A DNA stretch of 63,916 bases, counting the filler, from Intoshia linei (taxonomy: Eukaryota > Animalia > Orthonectida): assembly GCA_001642005.1 (NCBI GenBank). It is 7 parts of 7 records of this genome, joined end to end, with 100 filler letters (N's around TTAATTAATTAA, not from the genome) between each part and the next. Parts side by side here need not be neighbours in the genome. Positions count along the whole stretch, not along the records: positions 39,291 to 52,655 come from LWCA01001016.1; positions 52,756 to 57,755 come from LWCA01001840.1; positions 57,856 to 61,577 come from LWCA01002047.1; positions 61,678 to 62,714 come from LWCA01002837.1; 3 more parts are not named here. One strand, 5' to 3'. Positions 51,511 through 62,714 of this stretch are shown piece after piece (position 1 is the stretch's first letter; each line of letters begins with the position of its first letter). The notes beneath the pieces are model-generated. The model made no database searches and was not told the origin of the DNA. It worked only from the letters and a program-made list of their open reading frames with translations. The translations under genes were made by a program, and so were the position numbers.

Positions 51511-52949
51511 TTTTAAATTACAATATTAAAATTTATGTGCACATTAAAACGGAAATTTAATTTTTAATCTGATAAGTTCTAAAAATTATATGTATAGTAA
51601 TAACTTGTAGTAATATAGATCAGTGGTTCCCAAAAAAATATATTGTCGACCCCCCTAACAGTACACAAATATTTTTAGAGAAGATCAATTAATACAAAAT
51701 AGTGAATATGTTTATTATATGATTATAACAGCTTTAAACAAATGTTATCTTTTAATATTAATATTACTGGTTTTATTTTAGTTATAAATCATACTTTCAT
51801 ATAGTTGACACCCTAGTTACTAGGGCCTAGTATACAAAAAATTGTAAAGTTATGATTGTTCTTTTTTGTTTATATACGTGTTATTGTCTCGTAAGGGTTA
51901 ATAACATTTAAATTTATTATAATCCAAAATTAATCTATAAATAAATTATTTATAAATTTTATATTTGTATAATTGATGCAACTAAATTGACATTTCAAGT
52001 GACAATGTGTACTTTGTTTAGTCTAAAATTTAGATTACATTATAAAATCGAACAATAACTATTGTTCGGAATAAACATTATAAATTATAATGTTTAGTCA
52101 ATAATTATTGACTAAAATTACTTCGTGACTAAATTCATTTTACTTGTATATGTAGTACCCAGTAGCGGATCTAGGTGGGGTGCAGGTCAGTCGCCCCTGG
52201 CGATATACATGTGCCAAATAATATTTTAAAGTGTGTATTAACATTGTAAAAAATTAAAAAAATGTTCTAGGACCCATCGTTTACAATAATCATTTATCTA
52301 TGTATTATTTTTTATGCTAATAACATCAGTTTAATAATCGGATCTAAAGTTATTACTTTAAAATAAATGCGAATTCAAGTTAGTCAGTACTTCATTTGTA
52401 ATATGGAAGTGTTTCTTAACTGATGTATAACCAGTGTATAATATATAACTTATACCACGACTCTTAGGTGTATATTCCTCACCCTGTAGTACCTTGTATT
52501 TATGATTTAAAAAAAAAGTTAACACACCAATATACACACGAGAAATACGACATAAATAAATTATCAAATTTTCTTTAAAATTAACTTTGCAATGTATTAA
52601 AAAAATTAAGTTATGACAAACAGCGTTGTGCCTGGTTTTTAAAAATTCACTCTAANNNNNNNNNNNNNNNNNNNNNNNNNNNNNNNNNNNNNNNNNNNNT
52701 TAATTAATTAANNNNNNNNNNNNNNNNNNNNNNNNNNNNNNNNNNNNNNNNNNNNTATACAAAATAAATTAAATTTTGCTTATTATTCATATTTTGAAGT
52801 GCTTTGCCCCAGAGTTTTTTTAATCTTTTTTATATAATTTTGTGATAATTGTGTATCATTCAATCCCATCTTCCACGTATGGGGTGACACTTTTGTATTT
52901 TCGCAAAAAAGTGCACACCCCTAATGTATATAATAGAAAAATGTAAATT

Positions 52950-53571
52950 GAAAGCCTATTGGCATCAAGAAACCGGCAAGGTAGAATACAGAATAAGGCT
53001 TAATAGATCCATGCGTGAAAAACTGTATATTATATGAAACTCAAACTACGAAAACTTGTCAAAACACATCGATAACGTATTAATGAATATCTGATGTATC
53101 CCTTCCGAAAGAACTGGATTTTCTCATTTAAACCTCGTATATGGACTAAATGAAAAAATTTCCCATCCAAGTAGCTATACTATAAATAAACAAAGTATTA
53201 TTAAACAAGCTAAAGAATATATGATAAACTACTATACTCGTGTATCGCGAAACTATTACAAAAAATTACAAAAATCACAGTTACCATCATAAGGACTTTG
53301 ACAAAAAATAATCCAATAACTACCAAAGAACAAAAAAAATGTCGTAGAACAATTCGCCAGCCAACCCGCTTTGACGATTACGATATGAACTTTGCGGGGA
53401 GGTGTGATGGTTCCCCTAACCATTATTAACAAAATACAATAAATATTAACATTTGCCACTGAGACAAATTTAATATCAATCATTCATTTTAGAATAACAA
53501 TCTCATTTTCCAGTAAAGAATTAAATATAAGTCTTTAACTTTAATGTATAGATTATTTATTAAACATTACA
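52950..53571 (+). mobile_element. Gypsy integrase C-terminal remnant, PPT and 3' LTR of about 169 bp (53403-53571)
   Basis: AYWHQETGKVE..LNRSM remnant, TGFS..LVYG, PPT ggggagg, LTR bounded by TGTGATG..CATTACA. Confidence 0.7.
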
Positions 53572-54008
53572 TGCTATCTTTACAATAAAAGTGCATACGT
53601 AATACTAAATACATCTGAAGAATTAAATAAAATATGCCTATATAATAATGTAGCGTGCGTCTTGTTTGTTCTTTCAAACAAAAAATTGAAATTTAATATT
53701 CATCATATACAAGTTAGTCTGTAATGATTTAATAATTAAACTAATGTTATTAAACATTTTTGAAATTTACTTTCTAAAGAATTTAAACTTTTTAATAATA
53801 CTTTATACATGTATGCATATATCAGCTGTGTCAAAATTGCGGTCCATTTCAAATATAAGTGTGGGCTGTCGCGACTTCATATATGTATATATAATATATT
53901 ATTAATTGGTTTTTTTCATATAATTTAGACCGTTTATGGTTATTGAAAGCAAATAATTATATAATGGAATTAAAATCGGCATTTATAGCTTTTTATGATT
54001 GTTTAAAG

Positions 54009-55074
54009 CAGTGGTTCTTAACCGGGATAAATGCACCCCAAGGTCAAGTGCATAATTAATTTTGGGGGTGCACAGAGCTATATTTAATTTTTTTTAATGA
54101 CATTAATAAAATAATTAGTTAAAAATTAATTAATAATTATTTTTTTTCTAAATGATATAAATTACTTAATTGATATTTTTATTATTAACATAAAGATTAG
54201 ATATAAGACACAATTTCATCTTGTTAATACTTATTAAGATTCAGAAAATAGACGAATAAAATATCAAGAAATAAATTAGATGTCCGTGCCGGTATGCGAC
54301 TGAGCCTATCAAAAACCATACGAAGATTTAGCTTACTTCTCATTTCAAAGTAACAATAACGATCCCATTAAAATTTATGTAAATAAATATGTTCAATTGT
54401 TATATAAATGTTTTACGCTACTAATTAATTCGTCTATTTTGTGAGTTTTTAACATTTTTGAATAGTCTTTTGTTGATTAATGAATTGGATGGTATGACTA
54501 GGGCTACTACATTTTCCGATATTTTTATATGGAAAATAGATAATATATCTACTGGATATTGCAACAGTACTTACAAAGCTTTTAGTGGATATGATAGTTG
54601 ACATGTTTTCATAAAGGTTTGAAGTAAGTGCATACAGGGTCGTGGAAAGGGTCATATGTCCCGTGTCTACAATTATAAGGGCCTAATTTTTTAATTTATT
54701 AATAAGTATTGATGAAAAATTTAAATATATAATTGAAATTATATTATAATTTCGATAATCAATGCGATTTCCAATGGATATTTTTAATTTGTAGATAATG
54801 AACGTTCGATTAATTAATGTATAGAGGTCCATTTGTAAAAAATTTTTTATAGGGGCCTATACTTTTCATCGAGCCCGGGCCTACTGTTGGCTCTCCACGA
54901 CCATTATTATGACCAAATCAGCTTTAATTCTTAAATTGTATCCGTTTAATTTAAGTAACTAGTTAACACTCTATTTATAATTAATATTGTATTAATTCAT
55001 TTTTAATCAGGGGTGCACAGTCATTAAGATCAATATTTGAGGGTGTATAGGTCAAAAAAGGTTAAGAACCACTG
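54009..55074 (+). mobile_element. Internally deleted Buster/Charlie hAT element with a nested MITE (about 54635-54904)
   Basis: TIR CAGTGGTTCTTAACC/GGTTAAGAACCACTG; perfect TSD gtttaaag; 54264-54371 reads SRNKLDVRAGMRLSLS..K*Q*RSH*, the Buster transposase C-terminus. Confidence 0.92.
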
Positions 55075-55259
55075 GTTTAAAGCAATATTAGAGCAAAATT
55101 TTATGATACGGTTATTTCAGTTTGACATATCTGATATATATGATGTATATTATTCTGTATAATTTATGTAAATGTTAATTATGATAATTATAAAATTATC
55201 ATAAGCTTACCTAAAACTAAAGTGTATTAAATTATAATTTATATCGCACCTTTGCCCCA

Positions 55260-58174
55260 TTAGGGTGTCACACGTATTCAAGAATAATGTGCGCCTAGTA
55301 TACGTTCGGTATATTCATTAAAAAAACAACTTAATCTATAATTTTAGACTCTAAAAATTAACATTCGTGAACGGCACGAGTAAAAACCAAATGCAATTAC
55401 TTATTATTTTAATTAAGTTCAATTTGAATTTTATTTTTAACTATTTTGATTTATTGTTTGTAATTTTTAATTCAAATTTAAATAAATTTAGAGTAAAATG
55501 TTGACTTATGAATTTTTAAAATACATGATCAGTTACAGAATTATACTAGACTTGGTCAGATTTTTTAAATGTTCAAAACAAACAATTTTCTAAAAAATAT
55601 TACTGACTACTCTTAATAATCATTGCCTATAATTCTTTTTAATCTCAAGTTTCATAAAACGGGATTAGTGGCATTTATAGTAAAATTATTAATCCTTGCG
55701 AAACAATACATTTTTAGATAAAAGACTAATTTTATCTGTTTTTAATTAAAATTTCCTGGTTTATCTCAATAAATGAAAAACGTTATTATATATTTGGATG
55801 TATTCCGTTGTTTCAAATGACACAATCCAAATTGAAATTGTATTAGGTCTCCCAAAACAGGCTAATGGAAAAAGATTCATAACGGCTGAAACGGTTTGTA
55901 AATTATCAAATGACTAGAAATTATCGAAACAAGAGGTAGGATTATGTTTTGATATGGCTGCTAGTAACACAGGTAGATTGAATATAAGCGTCAAATTTAT
56001 TAAGGACACAATGAATCTGCCAATTATTGAATTACCGTGTAAACATCATATACTAAAACTTAATCTTTCATGTGTTTACCTAACGGCTTTTAGAGATACA
56101 CAACAATCAAAATTTCATTTAACTAACACAATGTGTACAAAAATAATTTAAATGAATACAATAAGCAACTATACTCCTCCTAAATTAGAAAATACTAATA
56201 TTAAATTTTTGAAAAAAATTGAATTTGTATCCCGAATATCTTCATTCAAAATGGATGACTATAAAGAATGCTGTAAAGTATATGTTTGTGTCTTAATAGG
56301 TAAAAGTGTAACACTATTAAAGTCCGGGTCGTTTCAAAGGCCAGAGAGATGGTTAGAATAATTTAAGCTTTTAAAGCACATATTCTAAATATTAACAGGA
56401 CTGAAATAATGAAACTTTTTTGATTTTAATTGGCTATGGCTATATGAAGTTTTGGTTGAATGCATCTAATGCGTACAAAAATTATTTAGAAATGAAACCT
56501 TGTTGGGATGATTTAACCTATTCATCTCTATTAATGAAAGAGCTATGTGATTAAAAAAAGTTAGGGTTGCCCCAGCTGTGAATAATGCAGCAGAACGTGC
56601 TCTATCCAAATTTAAACGATGCCTAACTGTTTCAAAAACAGAAAACTAACTCCAACAATTGGTATATACATGAAATATACCATGTAATCTATTTTATGGT
56701 TAAAATTTAAATTTTTAAATTATAATTCAACTCAATTATTCATTTAAGTTGGTGAATTATTATGGTTTTTAAGACAACACCAAAGCTGAAACGGATCCAT
56801 GATAATAAGTGTAATATAGATAACTAATAATTAAAATAAATTTCACTTTGACATATATTGAAGTGTAAATTTTGGGTATAGTAATAAAAAAACAAGCATG
56901 CAAAATTCCTATTCAAAAGTATATTTAGAAAGTATTATATACTGGGTTTGTAGTGTTTTATAATAATTTAAATTAATAATTTCGGTTTAATAAAGTTCAT
57001 TTTGTCATATTCTTATAGTTGATTCGTTAATTTACTTAATTGATGTGCCGTTCACGAATTTGCATTTTTTTTTAAAATAAATACAATAATGGATATTATA
57101 TTTCATGATGTAATGATTTGATGTCAAAAGGTATTAAGGTTTAATAATAAAAAAATTTTAAGTATATCGATAATAAATATATCTATAACAATGAAGAGTA
57201 CTTCATTACACCTCCGCCTTGAAATTAATGAATAGTCTTTGAATCTTTCAGGAAATTTTTTGGTCCGTTTTGTATAAAGTTTATCTTGTTTATTTGCTCG
57301 TGGAATAATGGCACTATAATTTTTATGATGAAATGAAAAACCTTTCTGTCTCAATTTATCATAATTTCGCTTCATACGCACCACCTGTTTATTACGTGTG
57401 GTTTTAATACATTTTAACAATTCAATTTGGTTTTTACAATAACTATAGTACATATTTGAACCGAAAACAACATCTGATGGCGTTACTCCATTTTTAACAT
57501 ATACTGTAGAACGCAAACTCATCAAAACATAAATTAACATATCATCCCAATTGTTATCCTTCGTTAGTATTTTTAATCGTTCCGAATCGTACGATTGAAA
57601 CGCTCCAAAGTGCCATTTTCGTTATGCTTATAAGGCCGTGAATGTATTTTTTGAATGTTAAACATATTACATAGTTGCTAAATTATTTGTGCTTCAAATT
57701 ACCGTCCACAATCAAAATGCAGACTCGATGGTGGACCATATCGAGATACAATATTNNNNNNNNNNNNNNNNNNNNNNNNNNNNNNNNNNNNNNNNNNNNT
57801 TAATTAATTAANNNNNNNNNNNNNNNNNNNNNNNNNNNNNNNNNNNNNNNNNNNNACGATTTGTAGGTAGCTTATTAGGGTTAAGGGTTAAACCGTAAAA
57901 ATGACCGACAATATTATTTCTGTTTTTATTTAACATGATTTTAACAAATAGAGGACTAAAACCATGTGGTAGTAAGTAACCATGAGAGGTGGTAACCATG
58001 TAAAATAGTTTGAACTGATGTTTATTCGTTCCAAATTTTGTAAAACTTTGATTAAAACCTGCGGATCAAGCAGGTCATTTTAGTTATTGTAAAAACGACA
58101 TAGTGAATATATTGCTTAAGAGCAACGAATTTTCACTACGCGCAATTAAAATTCAGATGTGTGTGCCACCCTAA
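55260..58174 (+). mobile_element. Defective hATm transposon carrying a Gypsy insertion near its right end
   Basis: TIR TTAGGGTG(T/G)CACAC (13 of 14), subterminal inverted 15-mer attcgtgaacggcac; transposase motifs CFDMAASNTG, LPCKHH, VNNAAER; spans an assembly gap and has no clear TSD. Confidence 0.75.
57109..57755 (-). mobile_element. Gypsy integrase remnant, PPT and 102-bp LTR (57109-57210)
   Basis: SRYGPPSSLHFDCG..PYKHNENGTLERF, GVTPSDVVFG; PPT aaggcggagg; LTR bounded by a perfect TGTAATGA..TCATTACA. Confidence 0.85.
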
Positions 58175-59832
58175 TTTACACATCTCATGGATAAGTCGTA
58201 CCGTATACAGTACAGATTAACGTAACAAGGCAGGATATATTATTAAGATTAAAAATAATTAATTCACATAAATTTATTATTATTTTTATTAATTTAGACT
58301 TGAATCGATAGAAACACTGCAACTTAATATCGATCAACAAGTCTGAAAAATATATTTAAATTATTGATTAAAGTATTTTACACTATAATATTTGCATTTA
58401 CATCGTTACAGATAACTAATTAATTATTTTGTTTTCTAAAAATCATGAAATCATTTTCTTAAAAGTTTGGTTCAAAAAAAATCGTAATTAAATGATTTGA
58501 TATTAATTAAATGAAAGTTTTACAAAGTCAAATAAATTTAAAAATAAACATGAGCTTGTTAATTTCACTGAATTGGTAAATTCGTTGTTAGCAAAGCATC
58601 AATTATGTATCTAACTCTGAATTGGCGTCTAAGACACATTCTTACTCAAATACATTCTACGATTTTCCCGTGGAATGTGTACATTTTACAGTTGTACACA
58701 TTCTATGCAACATATATAAGTTAGGATTCATTATAATCACTTAAAATGAATTAGTCTTTATATATCGATCCACCCTCTACAGAGGTAGCTGCGGTTTGTA
58801 TGAGATAACAGTCAAGCTTGTATAAAGTTAAAATTGTTAAATATTAATAAATAAAGCCTGTCTGAAACCATTTATTTAGGTTTTACTGCAAAATTAGTTC
58901 CAATTGGTACGAGTCATAAGTACACGAGTACTTTTTTTGGAAATTTTATGGTGTAGTAACGGATAAAGTCGCGTGTGACAGTTTTATGGCTACACTAAAA
59001 AAAAATGATTTTTGAGAATTTTTTGCAGAGACGCTTGCCATTTTAAAAATTTTATACAAAAACTAAGATATAACTTTATTTACTGGAATGTTATGATGAG
59101 ATGCTGTAGCTATGTTTTGAGTTGTTTTGTATTGATCGTCATGTTTGGTTGTTCACTTTGCATGTTTAAATTCAATTCTACCTCATTTATTTTTGTTTTT
59201 AGTGAAAAATTTTACCAATGAAAAATGATAATTTTGATAAAATTATAAGAACTTTAACATGGATAAATTTTTATCAATTTATTTTTTTTTTAGTCATTTT
59301 TGATTACTCAATTTTTTCCGATCCTGCAAGTAATTTTTAAAATATTGTGGCACCCTATTGTATATAGTATATACTTATACTATGCAAGCTAAATGTGGAT
59401 TCTATTCGTGTATCAAATACAAACAAGATTTTAATAGGACATTAGAAATCATGAATTATACACAGGTTGTGTAGTTATCTTGTAGTTGAAATATACAAGT
59501 AATTAAAGAGTAAAAGTAAAACTAAACTGAAAGTTTCGCTTGGATAAACTTATAAGCGTACAATAAACAAAGTTGTGATTGATTATATATATCCAATAAC
59601 GACATGGTTATAATTGAAAATATATCACCAGCCCATTGTAAATGACAATTATTATTTTCAGTTGATATTAATTAATTACCATTTAATACAATGTCAAATC
59701 ATGTATTCAAATGATACAAAGTTAGTCCAATACAAAACTTGTGAACTGAATCTATCTGATCAATAACAAAACGTTCAATTAAATTAATTATCTGTTGCTA
59801 TATATACTACTTGTACAACTAAAGACGAACCA

Positions 59833-60893
59833 ATGTCAATAGCGTTTATGCAAAATTTAGTTCATTCATTCGTCGTAAACATATCCAATCAGAAATTTAA
59901 CAAATTGATATAATTTACTAGAAATATCATTCAAAGGTACAAATTTGGTCGTTTATTAATAAATCCAACACTTAGATGAAAATGGAGGAAAATAAATCTT
60001 TTAAGGTAAAACCTAAAAAAAATAATATTGTTGGTGGTAGTGTTTGTAATTCAACATCAATCAATTCACCGGTACGAATTTATCATTTAGTAATTAATTT
60101 GTAGACTACGCCAAAAAATCAAATTAATCAAGCACCCGTGATATGCCAACCTCAGTTCTATTCAATGAGTGATGCGGCCAATGCACAATGTCAATTTTTA
60201 TCAAACCCCAATATTGCCAAAGTAATTTATTTATTTTTTTAATTTACATCATTAATATTACATTAGCAATTTATGGCTATGCTCCCAACCATGAGTAATG
60301 TACCATTTTCTCCACAAAACGTTAAAATTGAAAATAATGCCATTAAAACAATTCCAGTGCAAAACCAGGAAATGGCTCATATCAATCAGTTTTCTTCCCA
60401 GCAGATTCAAAATAATATTGGTAAAAATTTCCATTTTGGTATTTTATTCAATAATAATTTAGGTGTCAATTCAACTCAAACACCTAGTCCTAATCAACAA
60501 TATATTCAACTGCCCAATGGACAGATTGTGCCGACTTTTCAAGGTATGGTCGGGAATCAACCTTTAATTATGGTAACATTTGGCTTTTACTGTTTTGTAG
60601 TTTCAATATTTACCTTGTTTAATAGATGATTCCACCTAATCACAATATGGACATGATTCATCATAATGGTTCAACTCCAACTCAGCAGAACACTACACGA
60701 ACACACAATGATATATTTCCACAACCAATTGCTGTTTCGAATAAAGTACAAGATGACGAACCTCTTTATGTTAACAATAAGCAATGTAATTTTAATTTTT
60801 TTTATACAAATATTTTTAGATGATCGCATTTTAAAGCGTAGGGAAGCTAGAGCAAAACTTGAAAAAGCTGGTAGAATTCCTAGAGAGAGGAAG
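59833..60893 (+). CDS. NFYA: Nuclear transcription factor Y subunit alpha (3' DNA-binding exon not visible)
   Basis: Q-rich N-terminal exons and DEPLYVNNKQ|YDRILKRREARAKLEKAGRIPRERK; phase-consistent mini-introns; start could be 59833 or 59976. Confidence 0.9.
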
Positions 60894-61259
60894 GTACGTT
60901 TATTTTTAATTTGATATATTTATATTACATATTTTATCAATACCTTAATCACTTCCTAACCCTTTGAGCGAATATATTTTTAAATTTCTAGAGGCTACAA
61001 TGTAGACTACACCTTCACGGAGGCATTATACTCAGTATATTTCACGTTTGACTATTTAGTAAGTTAAACAATATTCAAGGGCGTATTTAAAACACAATGA
61101 AAACCTTTGAATTTTTAGTCAAAAATAGTGTGGGTTTTTTAAATGTAAACTTGGATAAATCAAATGTGTAGTTTCACTATTATAACTATCTTGATTGTCT
61201 ATTTTATAAAATACTAGGTTGACTGTTATATACTACGTACAAACAGTACCTAATTCTGA

Positions 61260-61577
61260 CGAGGGCACATTTTTATTATACCAAAAAATAAATTCACGTT
61301 GAAAATCTAACTTAAAAATTAAATTTTAAATAAAATGTTTTGAAAATGAGAATTTGAGATTGAAAAATTGCGTAGCAATGAAAAAAATTCTGAAGGAATG
61401 AATTATATAGATTTTCACCCATATTTCTTTATTGGAAATGTATAGACGTTCAATGCACATTTTTTTTTTAATTGTCGGACCTTTTATTATTTTACATTTT
61501 TTATTTTAATAAAATATTTCGGGAAAAAAATATATGAATACTAAAATGTTTTTTTGACCGTGAAGTTGTCACTTATT
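61260..61577. repeat. Dispersed repeat family A (reverse copy)
   Basis: Reverse complement similarity to about 8225-8710. Confidence 0.75.
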
Positions 61578-62278
61578 NNNNNNNNNNNNNNNNNNNNNNN
61601 NNNNNNNNNNNNNNNNNNNNNTTAATTAATTAANNNNNNNNNNNNNNNNNNNNNNNNNNNNNNNNNNNNNNNNNNNNATTTTAATTAGCCAATTAATACA
61701 CGTAAAATTATTATCATTTTTATTGTAATTTGATGCGTATGAAGATATCAAAATTTGCCCTAATTAAAAAATAATCGCCCTAATTATAAGTAAAGAATTT
61801 AAAAAAAATAGCATTCATTTGACAAATGAATTCAGTGTAAAGCAAAAATAAAAAAAATTGGTATGTTGTTGCACAGTTGAGTTTTTTCCTGATAAATTAA
61901 TAAATAGGTTGGATTTTTTGATGATACGTGGACAACTCTGCGTAAAACACCTAATATATCAAATTACTACTAACCTGGGCAATTTGCCTCTCCGTTTTTT
62001 CCATATATTAATGAATGATTATCCTTACATATTGCACAGTACTCTTCATCGTCATCCCAAGTTTCACAATTTATATCTAAAGTGTAATATTTAGTTGAAT
62101 TTACTAATTAAATCGTATTATAACGGATAATTTGATTTATCTAATTATCTGAGAATTTAGTCGACGAAATATTAGTATTAGAAAGTGGTATTTTTAAAAC
62201 GTTACGCCTTTATATTCCTAAAAAACTGGAAAAAATAAATAAAAAGTCATACATTTATAGCAATAATTCTAATTTATA

Positions 62279-62714
62279 TTGGGTTAGCAATTAAGTTCTT
62301 GCCGTTTTTTAATTATGCAATAGTTACTGGCGATGAGAAATGAAAAAGCAGCGCAAGGAATGGTGGTGCCAAATCAGGCGAGTATGGCGGGTATAGCAGC
62401 ACCTCTCCCGTGTCTTTGAATAGCTTCTTTGGTCATATTTGCGATATGAGGGCGGGCGTTGTCATGCAGTAAAAGAACACCGTGCTGTCAATTAGGTCTC
62501 TTTTCCTGAATAGCCGTTTTTAGTCATTTCGTCAATCATCATCAATTCGTAATGAATAATCCCCTGCCAGTCCCACCATACATATAACATTGTTTTACGC
62601 GGATAAAGATCTTGTTTCACGCGTGGTGTCGCCTTTTTATTGGGGCCAAGCCATTCCTTACGCTGCTTCATATTGATATACAGGCACCATTTTTCATCGC
62701 CAGTAACTATTGCA
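62279..62714 (-). mobile_element. Rearranged mariner (DD34D) derivative
   Basis: TA followed by TIR-like ttgggttagcaattaagt; minus strand IVTGDEKWCLYINMKQRKEW..WWDWQGIIHYEL..LLHDNARPH..PPYSPDLAP; truncated by a gap. Confidence 0.9.

Noticed and set aside
52358-52567. ORF as the HTH exon of tandem unit 3
   Set aside because: It occupies the expected position but shows no recognisable similarity to the HTH exons of units 1 and 2
57875-57890. Telomere-like ttagggttaagggtta
   Set aside because: Only about two imperfect units inside TE-derived sequence
33884-59221. Two similar hydrophobic ORFs of about 68 aa (33884-34090 and 59012-59221) as a small membrane-protein family
   Set aside because: Both lie in the arms of repeat family C, and other copies (33625-33800, 41580-41760) contain stops
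59590-59895. CCAAT boxes upstream of NF-YA as autoregulation
   Set aside because: CCAAT is frequent in such AT-rich DNA, the flanks fit the consensus poorly and the transcription start is unknown
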